From: Promethearchaeota archaeon
GTDB taxonomy: Archaea; Asgardarchaeota; Lokiarchaeia; Sigyniarchaeales; SOKP01
Reading direction: 5' to 3'
Length of the DNA: 64,000 nt
Assembly (NCBI GenBank): GCA_019058365.1
Contig: JAHPZE010000005.1
Span: forward strand, 64,001 to 128,000
In this document: piece after piece, positions 29,471 to 39,474 of the stretch
Position numbering within the stretch: position 1 is the first letter of the stretch
How the letters are laid out: every line of letters starts with the position of its first letter
Made by a program: the position numbers and the translations under genes
Notes under the pieces: generated by a model
The model's database searches: none
Told to the model about the DNA's origin: nothing
Seen by the model: only the letters and a program-made list of their open reading frames with translations

Positions 29471-31591
29471 ATGGAAAAAGTCGAGAAAATTAGGACTGTC
29501 TGTCGAAGTTGTCATGGTGGATGTGGAGTTATCGCTCACGTGAAAAACGGTAGAGTGATAAAGGTGGAAGGCGATCCTGAATCACCCATAAGCTATGGTT
29601 CCATGTGCAGTAAAGGTTTAGCTATCACACAACTGGCATATCATCCAGATAGGATTCTTTATCCGATGAAAAAAATCGGGAGTGATTGGCTAAGGATTTC
29701 TTGGAATGAAGCCTTAGACATGATAACCGAAAAATTCAATGAAGTGATCAAGAAATATGGTCCCGAAGCTATCATTATCGGTCAGGGGACTGGTCGGGAT
29801 TATGAGAGCCATTTTTCCCGATTTGGAAACTTATTGGGCACTCCAAATATGCTTACAGCTGGACATATGTGTTATCTTTCACGAGTGGGCGCCAGTTTAA
29901 TCACTTGTGGAAAGCATCCAGTATGTGATTATGCAAATAATCCCAGGTGTATTATTATGTGGGGTTGTAATCCTCTATGGACCAATCCAGATGAATACAA
30001 AGGTGTAAGTTTCTGGCACGCTTATGAAAATGGTGCAAAGCTGATTGTAATCGACCCAAGAAAGGGTTTCTTAGCAAAAAAGGCAGATCAATGGCTTCAG
30101 ATACGTCCAGGAACAGATACAGCACTTGCTTTAGGATTTTTTAGAGTAATTATTGAAGAAGAACTATACGATAAGGAGTTTACAGAACAATATATCCACG
30201 GTTGGAATTATTTTGTTGAAAGAGTTATGAATGATTACCCTCTCAATCATGTGGAAAAAATAACATGGATTGATCAAGAATTAATCCAAAATGCCGCTAG
30301 ATTGTATGCCACTATAAAACCAGCTGGAATCCATTGGGGTGTACCAACAGAACAGAATATCAATTGTACAGATTTTACTAGAACAGCAATAGGCCTTATG
30401 GCAGCTACTGGTAACCTCGATATTCCTGGTGGTAATGTTTTTTATCAGCCACCCCCTGTCAGAAAAGTTGCTGAATTTTCTGCTCATGCTGTTTTGTCTT
30501 CCGAACAAAGAAAAAAACGCCTTGGAGGGGAACAATATAAGCTAGCTGATAGAATGACAATCATCACACCAAAATGTGCATGGGATGCCATTCTGACTGG
30601 AAAACCCTATCCTATAAAAGCAGGATATCTTGTGGGGACTAATCCGGTTGTTTCAAGAGCGAACGCAAAGGAAGTTTATAAGGCATTAAATAGTTTAGAC
30701 TTTCTTGTTGTATCGGATTTCTTTCTGACACCAACCGCTGAACTGGCGGATATATTTCTCCCTGCAGGTACTTGGCTTGAGCAGGATCATGTATCGGAAA
30801 ACTGGAAGTTTCATGGATATATACTGGCAAGACAGAAGGTCGTAGAGATCGGTGAATGCTGGCAAGATCATAAGATCTTCATGGAATTGGGTAAGAGATT
30901 AGGTCAAGAATGGTGGGACACCGTGGAAGATTCCCTCGACTGGTTACTCGAACCATCAGGTTTGACTTGGAAGCAATTTAAGAAGAAAGGCTATCTTCAA
31001 GGAGAAATGAAATATTACAAATACAGAGAAAAAGGTTTTTCCACTCCTACGGGAAAAGTGGAGTTATACTCAACTATTCTTGAAAGATGGGGTTTTGATC
31101 CGTTACCAAAATATACGGAGATACCAGAAAGCCCCCTATCTACTCCAGATTTGGCTAAAAGATACCCATACATTCTAAATGCTGGATTAAGGACTCCAAC
31201 TTTTTTCCATTCTGAAAACAGAATGATACCATGGCTCAGAGAAATCAGACCAGATCCAATTGTTGAGATTCATCCAGAAACAGCGAGAAAGCATGATATA
31301 CAGGAAGGGGATTGGGTTTGGATTGAATCACCACGAGGACATATTAAGGAACGGGCAAAACTGAACACCGGAATAGATCCCAGAGTGATCGTGGCAGAAC
31401 ATGGCTGGTGGTATCCAGAGGTCAAGAGCTCTGATCATGGATGGGATACTTCAAATATAAATTTGCTGACAGACAACTCCTATGAGTCAATGGATCCCGT
31501 AATGGGGGCAACAAGTTTAAGAGTCCTCTTATGTAATATAATTCGCTGTGAAGATGAACAAGATGGAAAAGATATCACTAATAATCAATAA
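29471..31591 (+). CDS. Molybdo/tungstopterin oxidoreductase catalytic subunit (acetylene-hydratase-like clade of the DMSO reductase family)
   Basis: CRSCHGGC...CSKG [4Fe-4S], AGHMC metal-ligand Cys, PGTD, GKPYPIKA, TPTGKVELYS, HGWW; no Tat signal. Confidence 0.88.
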   Translation: MEKVEKIRTVCRSCHGGCGVIAHVKNGRVIKVEGDPESPISYGSMCSKGLAITQLAYHPDRILYPMKKIGSDWLRISWNEALDMITEKFNEVIKKYGPEAIIIGQGTGRDYESHFSRFGNLLGTPNMLTAGHMCYLSRVGASLITCGKHPVCDYANNPRCIIMWGCNPLWTNPDEYKGVSFWHAYENGAKLIVIDPRKGFLAKKADQWLQIRPGTDTALALGFFRVIIEEELYDKEFTEQYIHGWNYFVERVMNDYPLNHVEKITWIDQELIQNAARLYATIKPAGIHWGVPTEQNINCTDFTRTAIGLMAATGNLDIPGGNVFYQPPPVRKVAEFSAHAVLSSEQRKKRLGGEQYKLADRMTIITPKCAWDAILTGKPYPIKAGYLVGTNPVVSRANAKEVYKALNSLDFLVVSDFFLTPTAELADIFLPAGTWLEQDHVSENWKFHGYILARQKVVEIGECWQDHKIFMELGKRLGQEWWDTVEDSLDWLLEPSGLTWKQFKKKGYLQGEMKYYKYREKGFSTPTGKVELYSTILERWGFDPLPKYTEIPESPLSTPDLAKRYPYILNAGLRTPTFFHSENRMIPWLREIRPDPIVEIHPETARKHDIQEGDWVWIESPRGHIKERAKLNTGIDPRVIVAEHGWWYPEVKSSDHGWDTSNINLLTDNSYESMDPVMGATSLRVLLCNIIRCEDEQDGKDITNNQ

Positions 31592-31979
31592 GGATAACTG
31601 CATGGGTTGTCATGCCTGTGAAATAGCATGCAAACAGGAGCGCAAACTTGGAATAGGTCCAAGATTGGTGCAAGTCATTGAGCAATCTCCTGATTTCATT
31701 CCTATATACTGCCATCATTGCGAAAATCCTCCTTGTAAGGAAGTTTGTTCTGTAGAGGCAATATCAATAAATGAACAAGGTATAGTTTTAATCAATAGTG
31801 AACTATGTATTGGATGCAAAGAATGTGTGAAAGCCTGCAATTATAAAGCTATGCAATTTGATAATATTCAAAAGATAGCTATAAAGTGCGATCTATGTGT
31901 CAAGAGACTAGAAAAGAAAAAAAAACCTTCATGTATGATTGTATGCCCTACAGGTTGTATCCATGTCGACAGCAGATAA
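31563..31979 (+). CDS. 4Fe-4S electron-transfer subunit (DmsB-like)
   Basis: Four Cys clusters (CMGCHACEIAC, CHHCENPPCKEVC, CIGCKECVKAC, CDLC...CMIVCP); overlaps the end of the catalytic subunit. Start could be 31548 or 31554. Confidence 0.88.
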   Translation: MEKISLIINKDNCMGCHACEIACKQERKLGIGPRLVQVIEQSPDFIPIYCHHCENPPCKEVCSVEAISINEQGIVLINSELCIGCKECVKACNYKAMQFDNIQKIAIKCDLCVKRLEKKKKPSCMIVCPTGCIHVDSR

Positions 31980-32029
31980 ATTATAACCATAATTTTTGAT
32001 TGAAATAAAAATCTTCATGAAGATCTGTT

Positions 32030-33229
32030 TTAGAATTGATTTTCGTTTAATTTATTCTTTAAAACTTTAGTTAATAGAGGTAAAATTTCACATAGATCAC
32101 CAACAATCCCGTAGTTAGCAAATTGGAAAATTGGAGCATCAGGATCCTTATTAATTGCGATTATTATATCGCTACTCTTCATTCCAACTAAATGTTGAAT
32201 AGTCCCTGAGATTCCACATGCGATGTAAATTTTCGGAGAAACGGTATTTCCACTTTGTCCGACTTGTTGTGATTTTGGAATCCAACCTAAATCAACTGCT
32301 GCTCTGCTTGCTCCCACAGCTGCATTTAATACATTGGCTAAGTCCTCAATCAACTTAAAATTCTCCTTACTTCCAACACCTCTACCACCAGATACAATAG
32401 TATCCGCTTCACATACGGGAATACCACATTCGAAAGCAGTTCCCCTGATTACTTCTTTTGTTTTTACCTTTAAACCTTGAAGATCTACTTTTACAGGCAC
32501 TTCAATGATTTCTGCATTATTATCAGCTTGAATCGGTGCCATTTCCATGACGTTTGGTCTGACTGTTGCCATTTGGGGGCGTGTTGCAGGACAAATAATG
32601 TCAGCCATAATATTTCCACCAAAAGCCGGTCTGGTTTGTAATAATAATCCATCGCGTATCGACAATCCAGTACAATCAGCAGTAAGTCCTAATTCTAAAG
32701 TTGCTGCTACTCTTGGTGCTAGATCCCTTCCATTTATTGTTGCAGGATATAATACAATATTTGGGTTATATTTTGAAATTATTCCTGTAATTACAGAAGA
32801 ATAAGTTTCAGTATGATAATCCCTAAGAGCTTCATGTTCAGCAACATATACTTTGTAAGCACCACGCTTAGAAAATTCCTGAGAAAGCCTTTTTACATTA
32901 TCTCCTAAAAGTAACACACAAGCTCTTTGATATATAATATCTGCTAATTCTCTTGCTTTACCCAGTAATTCAAATGAGACATTTCTAACCTTTCTATCTT
33001 TTATTTCAGCAACAACCCATACGTCCTGATATTTTGATAAATCAATCTCTTCAATTTTTTTCCGCTGAATTTTAATTGCCCCTACATTACATTGATCGAC
33101 GCATGCACCACAAAGAGTGCACTCATCTCCTATTATAGCTATTTTATCTACAACTGTTATTGCTCCAAATGGACATGCTTTTTCACAGAGCCCGCATCCA
33201 GTACATTTCTCCTTATCTACATTTATCAG
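32030..33229 (-). CDS. etfA: Electron transfer flavoprotein alpha subunit with N-terminal 2x[4Fe-4S] ferredoxin domain (CTG start)
   Basis: Frame is open for 104 codons upstream of the track start: (M)INVDKEKCTGCGLCEKACPFGA...CTLCGACVDQCNVGAI...VWVVAE. ETF motifs GLTADCT, VSGGRG, QVGQSG, GISGTIQH. GGTGAT RBS 5 nt before CTG. Confidence 0.9.
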   Translation of the reverse strand: MINVDKEKCTGCGLCEKACPFGAITVVDKIAIIGDECTLCGACVDQCNVGAIKIQRKKIEEIDLSKYQDVWVVAEIKDRKVRNVSFELLGKARELADIIYQRACVLLLGDNVKRLSQEFSKRGAYKVYVAEHEALRDYHTETYSSVITGIISKYNPNIVLYPATINGRDLAPRVAATLELGLTADCTGLSIRDGLLLQTRPAFGGNIMADIICPATRPQMATVRPNVMEMAPIQADNNAEIIEVPVKVDLQGLKVKTKEVIRGTAFECGIPVCEADTIVSGGRGVGSKENFKLIEDLANVLNAAVGASRAAVDLGWIPKSQQVGQSGNTVSPKIYIACGISGTIQHLVGMKSSDIIIAINKDPDAPIFQFANYGIVGDLCEILPLLTKVLKNKLNENQF

Positions 33230-33230
33230 A

Positions 33231-34019
33231 TTAAATCACCTTATCTTTAGATAATAACTCAATTAATTTTTGGACTGAAGCTTCAGGGGTATCTTCTTTA
33301 ATAACAACCCCTTGTTGTCTTGCTGGGGGAGAATAAACTTTAATAACTTCAGTTAGTGACCCATTTAAGCCATAATCATCTTTATTACCTCCAAGTTCAT
33401 CCGCATCCCAGGTAGAGAATGGCTTTTTATTTGCTTTCATTATATTCATCATGGGAGGATTGGTTGGCTCAAAGGAAGAAGATGTTATTCCAGTTATAAG
33501 TACTGGCAGTTTTACTTCTACAATTTTGTACCCATCATCTGTTTGAACTTGTGCTGTTAATTTTTTACCTTTTAATTTTTCAACACTTTCACAGTGTGTT
33601 ATCTGTGGAATCCCTAAATGAGCCGCAATTTCAGGTCCAACCTGAGCGGTGTCTCCATCAATTGCTTGTAAACCACAGAAAATGATATTAAAATCACCAA
33701 TTTTCTTAATACACTGAGTTAAAGTATATGATGTTGCCCATGTATCAGCACCAGCAAAAGCTCTATCACTTAGCAAGATAGCTTTATCCGCTCCTAATGC
33801 TAAACATTTCAATAAAGCTTTTTTAGCTTGAGGTGGCCCCATGGAAATAACAATAATTTCATCACCTTCTTGTCTGATCTTAATAGCTTCCTCAAGCGCA
33901 AACTGGTCGAAGGGATTCAGAATACTGGGGACACCCTCTCTTATTAATGTGTTGGTTTCTGGGTCAATTTTGACTTCAGTAGTATCTGGAACTTGTTTTA
34001 CACATACAATAAATCTCAT
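33231..34019 (-). CDS. etfB: Electron transfer flavoprotein beta subunit
   Basis: VCVKQVPDT, NPFD, FAGADTWAT, QAIDGDTAQVG. Confidence 0.93.
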   Translation of the reverse strand: MRFIVCVKQVPDTTEVKIDPETNTLIREGVPSILNPFDQFALEEAIKIRQEGDEIIVISMGPPQAKKALLKCLALGADKAILLSDRAFAGADTWATSYTLTQCIKKIGDFNIIFCGLQAIDGDTAQVGPEIAAHLGIPQITHCESVEKLKGKKLTAQVQTDDGYKIVEVKLPVLITGITSSSFEPTNPPMMNIMKANKKPFSTWDADELGGNKDDYGLNGSLTEVIKVYSPPARQQGVVIKEDTPEASVQKLIELLSKDKVI

Positions 34020-34108
34020 AGTTTCATCAAAATTCAAATAAGATTCTAAATTCAATCTCAATCTTTTAAGAGTTAAATAAAAATATTAAAAATATAAAAA
34101 AAAGTTAA

Positions 34109-35293
34109 TTAATATTGTTTCTTACCAAGTAGCTCTCTCGCTACAATCATCTTCATTACTTCTTTTGTTCCTTCTGCAAGTGAAAATGATCGAACAGCTC
34201 TCCATGCGGCTTGATCAAGGCATTCTCGTGAATATCCAAAAGCACCTTGCCATTGCATGACATCATTTATAGCTTCACAAGCCCAATCCGAGCAGAACAT
34301 TTTAGCTTGAGCTACAATATTACTTGTTTCGAATCTACTTACCTTTCCTTCTTGTTCTAAATCAATAGTCTTTAAAGCTTTATAACCCAAATCCCTTAAC
34401 ATATTCAATTTTGTATAGTGTTCAGATAGTCTAAAATTTATTTCTTGATATTGTGCTAAAGGTTTTCCAAATGATTTTCTTTCTTTAATATAATTTATTC
34501 CGTTTTCTAACGATTTCAAGCCAGCGGATGCGCAAATTACAGAAATTAATGCCCTTGCATATTCATATCCTTCATGGAGTATGTAGAATCCTCTGTTTTC
34601 TTCTCCTAATATATAATGTTTTGGGATTCTTACATTATCTATAGAGAACCCACCGCATGAAATCCCCTCTCTACCTAAATCGTTTATATAGGTAGGTGTA
34701 ATTCCTTCAGCTGTCAATGGTAAATAAAATGTAGTCATTCCTCTTGTCCCACGCTCAGGAGTTTGATGGGCAATTGTGATATGTCCGCCACCGTGTGTTA
34801 CAGCCTCTCTAACTCCACTAATATACATTTTTTCACCGTTCACCACAAATCCATCTCCATCTGGCTTTATGGATGTTTTAGTGGCGCCTACATCAGAACC
34901 AGCATCACTTTCAGTTGTAGCTATTCCAAGGAACCATTCACCTGAGACTGTTTTAGGAAATATTTCTTGTTTTGCTTCTTCTGTTCCATATTTATTTAAA
35001 AGAAAACCCCATGACGCGGGAACCAAGTAATATACACATGTAGAACCTGTGCAATCTGCTTTTGCTAGTTCTTCTGCGATAACACCGGCACTTACGGCAT
35101 CTAATCCGGGACCACCATACTTTTCTGAAGCTGTACAGGTCATTAGTCCTAATTCGGCCATTCCTTTGACGATATCTCTAGGTATTGCCTTAGTTTCTTC
35201 CATGTGAAGAGCAATTGGGGCTATTTTACTTTGAGCAAATTCCCTTACACTTTCCCGAATCATTTCTTGTTCTTCAGTAAATTTAATACTCAT
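34109..35293 (-). CDS. Acyl-CoA dehydrogenase
   Basis: TESDAGSD, NGEKMYIS, RKSFGKPL, QWQGAFGY, AEGTKE. Confidence 0.93.
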   Translation of the reverse strand: MSIKFTEEQEMIRESVREFAQSKIAPIALHMEETKAIPRDIVKGMAELGLMTCTASEKYGGPGLDAVSAGVIAEELAKADCTGSTCVYYLVPASWGFLLNKYGTEEAKQEIFPKTVSGEWFLGIATTESDAGSDVGATKTSIKPDGDGFVVNGEKMYISGVREAVTHGGGHITIAHQTPERGTRGMTTFYLPLTAEGITPTYINDLGREGISCGGFSIDNVRIPKHYILGEENRGFYILHEGYEYARALISVICASAGLKSLENGINYIKERKSFGKPLAQYQEINFRLSEHYTKLNMLRDLGYKALKTIDLEQEGKVSRFETSNIVAQAKMFCSDWACEAINDVMQWQGAFGYSRECLDQAAWRAVRSFSLAEGTKEVMKMIVARELLGKKQY

Positions 35294-35429
35294 ATATCTT
35301 ACCTTTTTGATAATAGTTAATCTGTATACCTTTTAATTGCTAAAAATTCTTAAGTTTTATTATTCAATTAAAAGATCAAATTAATCGGGAATAAAATGGG
35401 TCGAAAAGACTTAAAAACAGTAATTATCT

Positions 35430-35837
35430 CTACTTTTCTACAATGATAAATCCTTTTTTTTCTAAGATATCTACGGCTTCCTCGATGATCGTGTCTTCAA
35501 CACGTAATATAAGCATAGATTCATCTTTTACTAAAGTAGAGTAAAAATAATCAATGTTAATTTTGTTTTCGCCTAAAGATTTTGGTATCTCATAAAGTGC
35601 TTGTGGATGATCATTCAACCTGACAGCAATGACATTAGTGGTAGAGATAAGAAAATCCTTTTCTTCTAATAAATTAATGCATTTTTCTGGTTTATCAACT
35701 AAAATTAATATTAACCCATAATCACTGGTTTTTGCTACTGTCAAGGCTCGTATAAAGATTTTATTATCCATAAGAAGTTTTATAAAATTAGCAAGTTCAC
35801 CTGGTCTATCTTCTAAAAACACTGAGAGCTGAATCAT
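35430..35837 (-). CDS. Tandem ACT-domain protein
   Basis: MIQLSVFLEDRPGEL...IRAL...INIDYFY; ATG at 35837. Confidence 0.82.
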   Translation of the reverse strand: MIQLSVFLEDRPGELANFIKLLMDNKIFIRALTVAKTSDYGLILILVDKPEKCINLLEEKDFLISTTNVIAVRLNDHPQALYEIPKSLGENKINIDYFYSTLVKDESMLILRVEDTIIEEAVDILEKKGFIIVEK

Positions 35838-35942
35838 TTTAACCAAATTTTTAAAAAGTAAATAGATGTTAAATTTTAATATTCCCTTTTTTTTAAACTT
35901 AGTAAGAAAATTATTATGAAGATATGATTTTAAATTAAACTG

Positions 35943-36701
35943 ATGCTGAAGGATTTTTACGATCAACACAAAAATTTTTCCTTTAGAACTTTATCAGAAT
36001 ACTATCTATCTCCAGGAATAAGATGTAAGTTTGATATATTGAAAGAAAAAATTAAAACTAAAAGAAAATTTTCGCATGGCATTGATCTCGGTTCATCTGG
36101 AAATTCGATTCTCTCTTTTCTAAATAATATAGAACACAAATCTTTCTTTGATATTGCGGATCTTCCATTAAGGCAATATAAAAATAAAGAAGTATGTTAT
36201 CCTTTATGTGGTGATCTTAATAACTTACCATATAGAGATGAAACATTTGATTTTATAAGTGCTCTTGACGTTTTAGAGCATATTGAAAATGATAATTTAG
36301 CAGTATCAGAAATCGGGAGGATTCTAAAGAAAAATGGGATAGCTGTAATAACAGTTCCTCACAGAATGAAATACTACACAACTCAGGATAAAATAATAGG
36401 ACACTATAGACGGTACGAAATAAAACAAATTATTTCTCTTTTCAATAAATTTAATCTAAGAAACCTAAGAATCTTTGGCGTTTATGGGAGATTGATGATA
36501 ATAGCAGATATACAGTCTACGAATCCTAAAAAAATTGAACAGAGTCTTATACGATTAAGAAATAAATACGAATCCAATGTTTTATTTCGTAAATTTTGGA
36601 ATATTATTGTAGGAATTCTGTCTAAGTTTATGAAAATAGATGCTAAATTTCAATCTAATAAAAGAATTAGGAACTTAGGTTTAATTTTTATAAAGAAATG
36701 A
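35943..36701 (+). CDS. Class I SAM-dependent methyltransferase
   Basis: IDLGSSG, LPYRDETFD, LDVLEHI, ITVP, GHYRRY. Confidence 0.85.
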   Translation: MLKDFYDQHKNFSFRTLSEYYLSPGIRCKFDILKEKIKTKRKFSHGIDLGSSGNSILSFLNNIEHKSFFDIADLPLRQYKNKEVCYPLCGDLNNLPYRDETFDFISALDVLEHIENDNLAVSEIGRILKKNGIAVITVPHRMKYYTTQDKIIGHYRRYEIKQIISLFNKFNLRNLRIFGVYGRLMIIADIQSTNPKKIEQSLIRLRNKYESNVLFRKFWNIIVGILSKFMKIDAKFQSNKRIRNLGLIFIKK

Positions 36702-36720
36702 GTATATTTTTAAGAAGCTT

Positions 36721-37125
36721 TCAAGAAGTATCACTCTTCAATTTTTCGAATAATTGTTTGTATTCCTCGATATATTTCTCATCATTAGTTTCCTCTATCT
36801 TTTTAAGAAGTTCTACTGATCTACTTAAAATTTCAGACTGTCGCTTGATTTTTTCATAAAAAATTTTCTTTGTATCTTGTGTTTCGGCCGTTTCTAATTT
36901 ATCTTCATATTCTTTTATAGATGTTTTGATTATGTTCTGGGATTCAATTACTGAAGATGTTAGTTGTTTTTTTCTCTCTTCTAATTTAATACAATTCTCA
37001 CAGACGATTTCTTCATTATTTTCTTGTTTTCTTAATTTTTCTCCCTTCTGCATCATAAAAGGATTCTTACAACGAGAACAAGCAACAAGCTCAAGTAATA
37101 ACTTGTCAGTGTTAGAATCGGGCAT
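36721..37125 (-). CDS. Hypothetical protein with CxxC...CxxC zinc finger and coiled coil
   Basis: CSRC...CENC followed by a charged helical region. Confidence 0.7.
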   Translation of the reverse strand: MPDSNTDKLLLELVACSRCKNPFMMQKGEKLRKQENNEEIVCENCIKLEERKKQLTSSVIESQNIIKTSIKEYEDKLETAETQDTKKIFYEKIKRQSEILSRSVELLKKIEETNDEKYIEEYKQLFEKLKSDTS

Positions 37126-37258
37126 ATTTAAGAGAGAAATGAATTTTTAATTATATTAATTTATCAATAATTATAATCTTGACTTAATAATATATTATTT
37201 TTCTATTAAGTTCTCACTTTTTAGAAAACTAATAATAGCCGAAGGTATTTCACATTAT

Positions 37259-38053
37259 ATGGATGCTGTAGTAGTTATTATTTTATTAATTGCGGGATTT
37301 CTTTTCGGAATTTTAAGCTCTATAGCGGGGATAGGTGGTGGTGTGTTTTTTGTGAGCATTATGGTTCTACTATTTCTTATTCCTATAAATATAGCCGTAG
37401 ATACTTCTGCTTTTATAATATTAATTTCTTCTGGGGGAGGATTTTTTACTTATTTCAGAGAAGAAAGACTGCATATTAAACAAGTTCTTATATTTGCATC
37501 ATTTTCAATATTGGGGAGCATAGTGAGTACGATTATATTCAAATTCTTTAAATTAGATAATACAGTGTTAAAAATTTTTTTTGCTTCAACATTATTGATA
37601 GCTGGATTAAATATGATATACAAGGTAATTAAATCTAGAAAATTTAATCCTTCTCAAGAGGAATATGAAAATAATTTCATACTTAATGATCATGATTACC
37701 AATCAAATTTGAAAAAGTCAATACCATTATTTTTTTTAGCAGGTTTTACTGCTAATTTATTAGGTATTGGAGGAGGTATAATCAATACTCCGGTTCTTAA
37801 CATAATTCTTCAATATCCCATTCATAATGCAACAGCAATTTCTACGGGCATAATATTTTTTACTGCAATATATAATACTATTGCTAAAAGCATTGATGGT
37901 CAAATAAACTATTTAATTGGTATTTTAATTGGATTAGGTGCTATTTTAGGTTCAGTTTTTGGGGCTAAAATTTCTGGAAAAATACAAAAGAAAAATTTAC
38001 AACTTTTGGTTGCTGTTGTGTTGATGGGTTTAGCAATTAGAATGTACTTTTAG
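37259..38053 (+). CDS. Sulfite exporter TauE/SafE family membrane protein
   Basis: Two GIGGG repeats, about 8 TM segments. Confidence 0.88.
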   Translation: MDAVVVIILLIAGFLFGILSSIAGIGGGVFFVSIMVLLFLIPINIAVDTSAFIILISSGGGFFTYFREERLHIKQVLIFASFSILGSIVSTIIFKFFKLDNTVLKIFFASTLLIAGLNMIYKVIKSRKFNPSQEEYENNFILNDHDYQSNLKKSIPLFFLAGFTANLLGIGGGIINTPVLNIILQYPIHNATAISTGIIFFTAIYNTIAKSIDGQINYLIGILIGLGAILGSVFGAKISGKIQKKNLQLLVAVVLMGLAIRMYF

Positions 38054-38128
38054 GATGTGATTTTTAAAACTTTATAAATTTTGAAATTCAATTTTTAATT
38101 AGATAAACCTTAAAAATAACCTCTTGGG

Positions 38129-39232
38129 GTGGAATTAATTAAATCTGAAAACAAAAATAATCATGAAATTTCCATTAACAGTCAAATAAAAAAATTTGCT
38201 ATAAACGGTCTTTATGGTTTTAATACCATTATATTAATTGGCATGGGTAGACGTTTAGGCATTTTTAATTATTTATATGAAAAAGTTAAATCTTCACATA
38301 GTTCTGGTAAAAATATTGAGGTGATTTTTACTCCAATTGAGCTGTCTGAAAATCTAAATTTGGATTTTAAGTACTTAGACGGTTGGTTTCATTTGGCACT
38401 TGAATGTGGTATACTTGAGATTGAAAATTCAGAAAAGAAAATTTTAAAAACTGCTCCTTATGTATATGATTTACTTGTTGATCCAAACAATGAGTTTTAT
38501 ATTGGAGGAACTTTAGGAGCATTCTATTATATTGCTCCAGCTCAGAATACCTTTATAGAGAATTTTAAAACAGGAAAAGTCTGGAGCATATTGGATTTAC
38601 CTGGAGATGTTATGAAAGATCTACAAGAACGTGGGGCAAGGTTTGGTACTTTAGTAGAAAGATTGTTTTCTAAAAAGTTTGAAAATTTTTGTAAAAATGT
38701 ATTAAAGAAAGGTACTATTCTTGAACTAGGATGCGGTTATGGATTTAATCTTGAAACCTGGGCAAAAAAGTATACAAATGCTAGATTTGTAGGAATTGAT
38801 ATCGATCCCAATGCATTAGCACATGCAAAGAAATTAATAGAATTAAATATGTGGAATGAAAGGATTGAAATATTTGATATAGAAATTGATGAATTTGCCC
38901 GTTCCTTTAAAAAGAAATTTGATTTGATCATATTAAATCAGGTACTCCACGAAATGAACACTGATGAGAATTACCGTAGAGGTGTATTTAACAATCTATA
39001 TTCCTTATTGAAGGATAATGGGATTTTACTGATTGGAGAAAGTATGATTCCTGATACTTTTACCCCGAAAAAAAGATTTCAACTTTTTGATATCACACAT
39101 AAGTTTACAGAAGTAAAAGCTTCTCTGTTTTATAATGAAAAAAGCTTCAAAGAATTTATTGATTCAACTCCATTTACTAAGGCAAATTTTATAAGAGAAG
39201 GTGGAGATAGTATCTGGGTAGTAAAAAAATAA
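38129..39232 (+). CDS. Class I SAM-dependent methyltransferase with N-terminal winged helix
   Basis: ILELGCGYG, VGIDID, FDLIIL, LHE; N-terminal ELSENLNLDFKYLDGW. Confidence 0.85.
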   Translation: MELIKSENKNNHEISINSQIKKFAINGLYGFNTIILIGMGRRLGIFNYLYEKVKSSHSSGKNIEVIFTPIELSENLNLDFKYLDGWFHLALECGILEIENSEKKILKTAPYVYDLLVDPNNEFYIGGTLGAFYYIAPAQNTFIENFKTGKVWSILDLPGDVMKDLQERGARFGTLVERLFSKKFENFCKNVLKKGTILELGCGYGFNLETWAKKYTNARFVGIDIDPNALAHAKKLIELNMWNERIEIFDIEIDEFARSFKKKFDLIILNQVLHEMNTDENYRRGVFNNLYSLLKDNGILLIGESMIPDTFTPKKRFQLFDITHKFTEVKASLFYNEKSFKEFIDSTPFTKANFIREGGDSIWVVKK

Positions 39233-39254
39233 AGCAAGTAATCATCCATTTAAT

Positions 39255-39344
39255 GATATTGACCTCTTCAAATTACGTTCAGAACACTAAAACTGGGAAA
39301 TAGAACAAAAAAAAGAATTGCAATTTATCCAAAGTACAAGATAA
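39255..39344 (+). pseudogene. Decayed copy of the last 30 codons of the downstream TPR-nitrilase gene
   Basis: Translates DIDLFKLRSEH*NWEIEQKKELQFIQSTR* versus DIDLFKLRSERKKWEKQQKKEVQFIQSTR* at 43222-43311. Confidence 0.88.
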
Positions 39345-39474
39345 AATATTCTAAATCATACCTTTAAAAAAGAAAAAAATATAAAATGATTTAACTTGAA
39401 TATTAATCATTCTTTAGATATACATAATGAATCCAAGGTTATTAAAAGGAAAATATATATGAGAGTTTAGTCGT

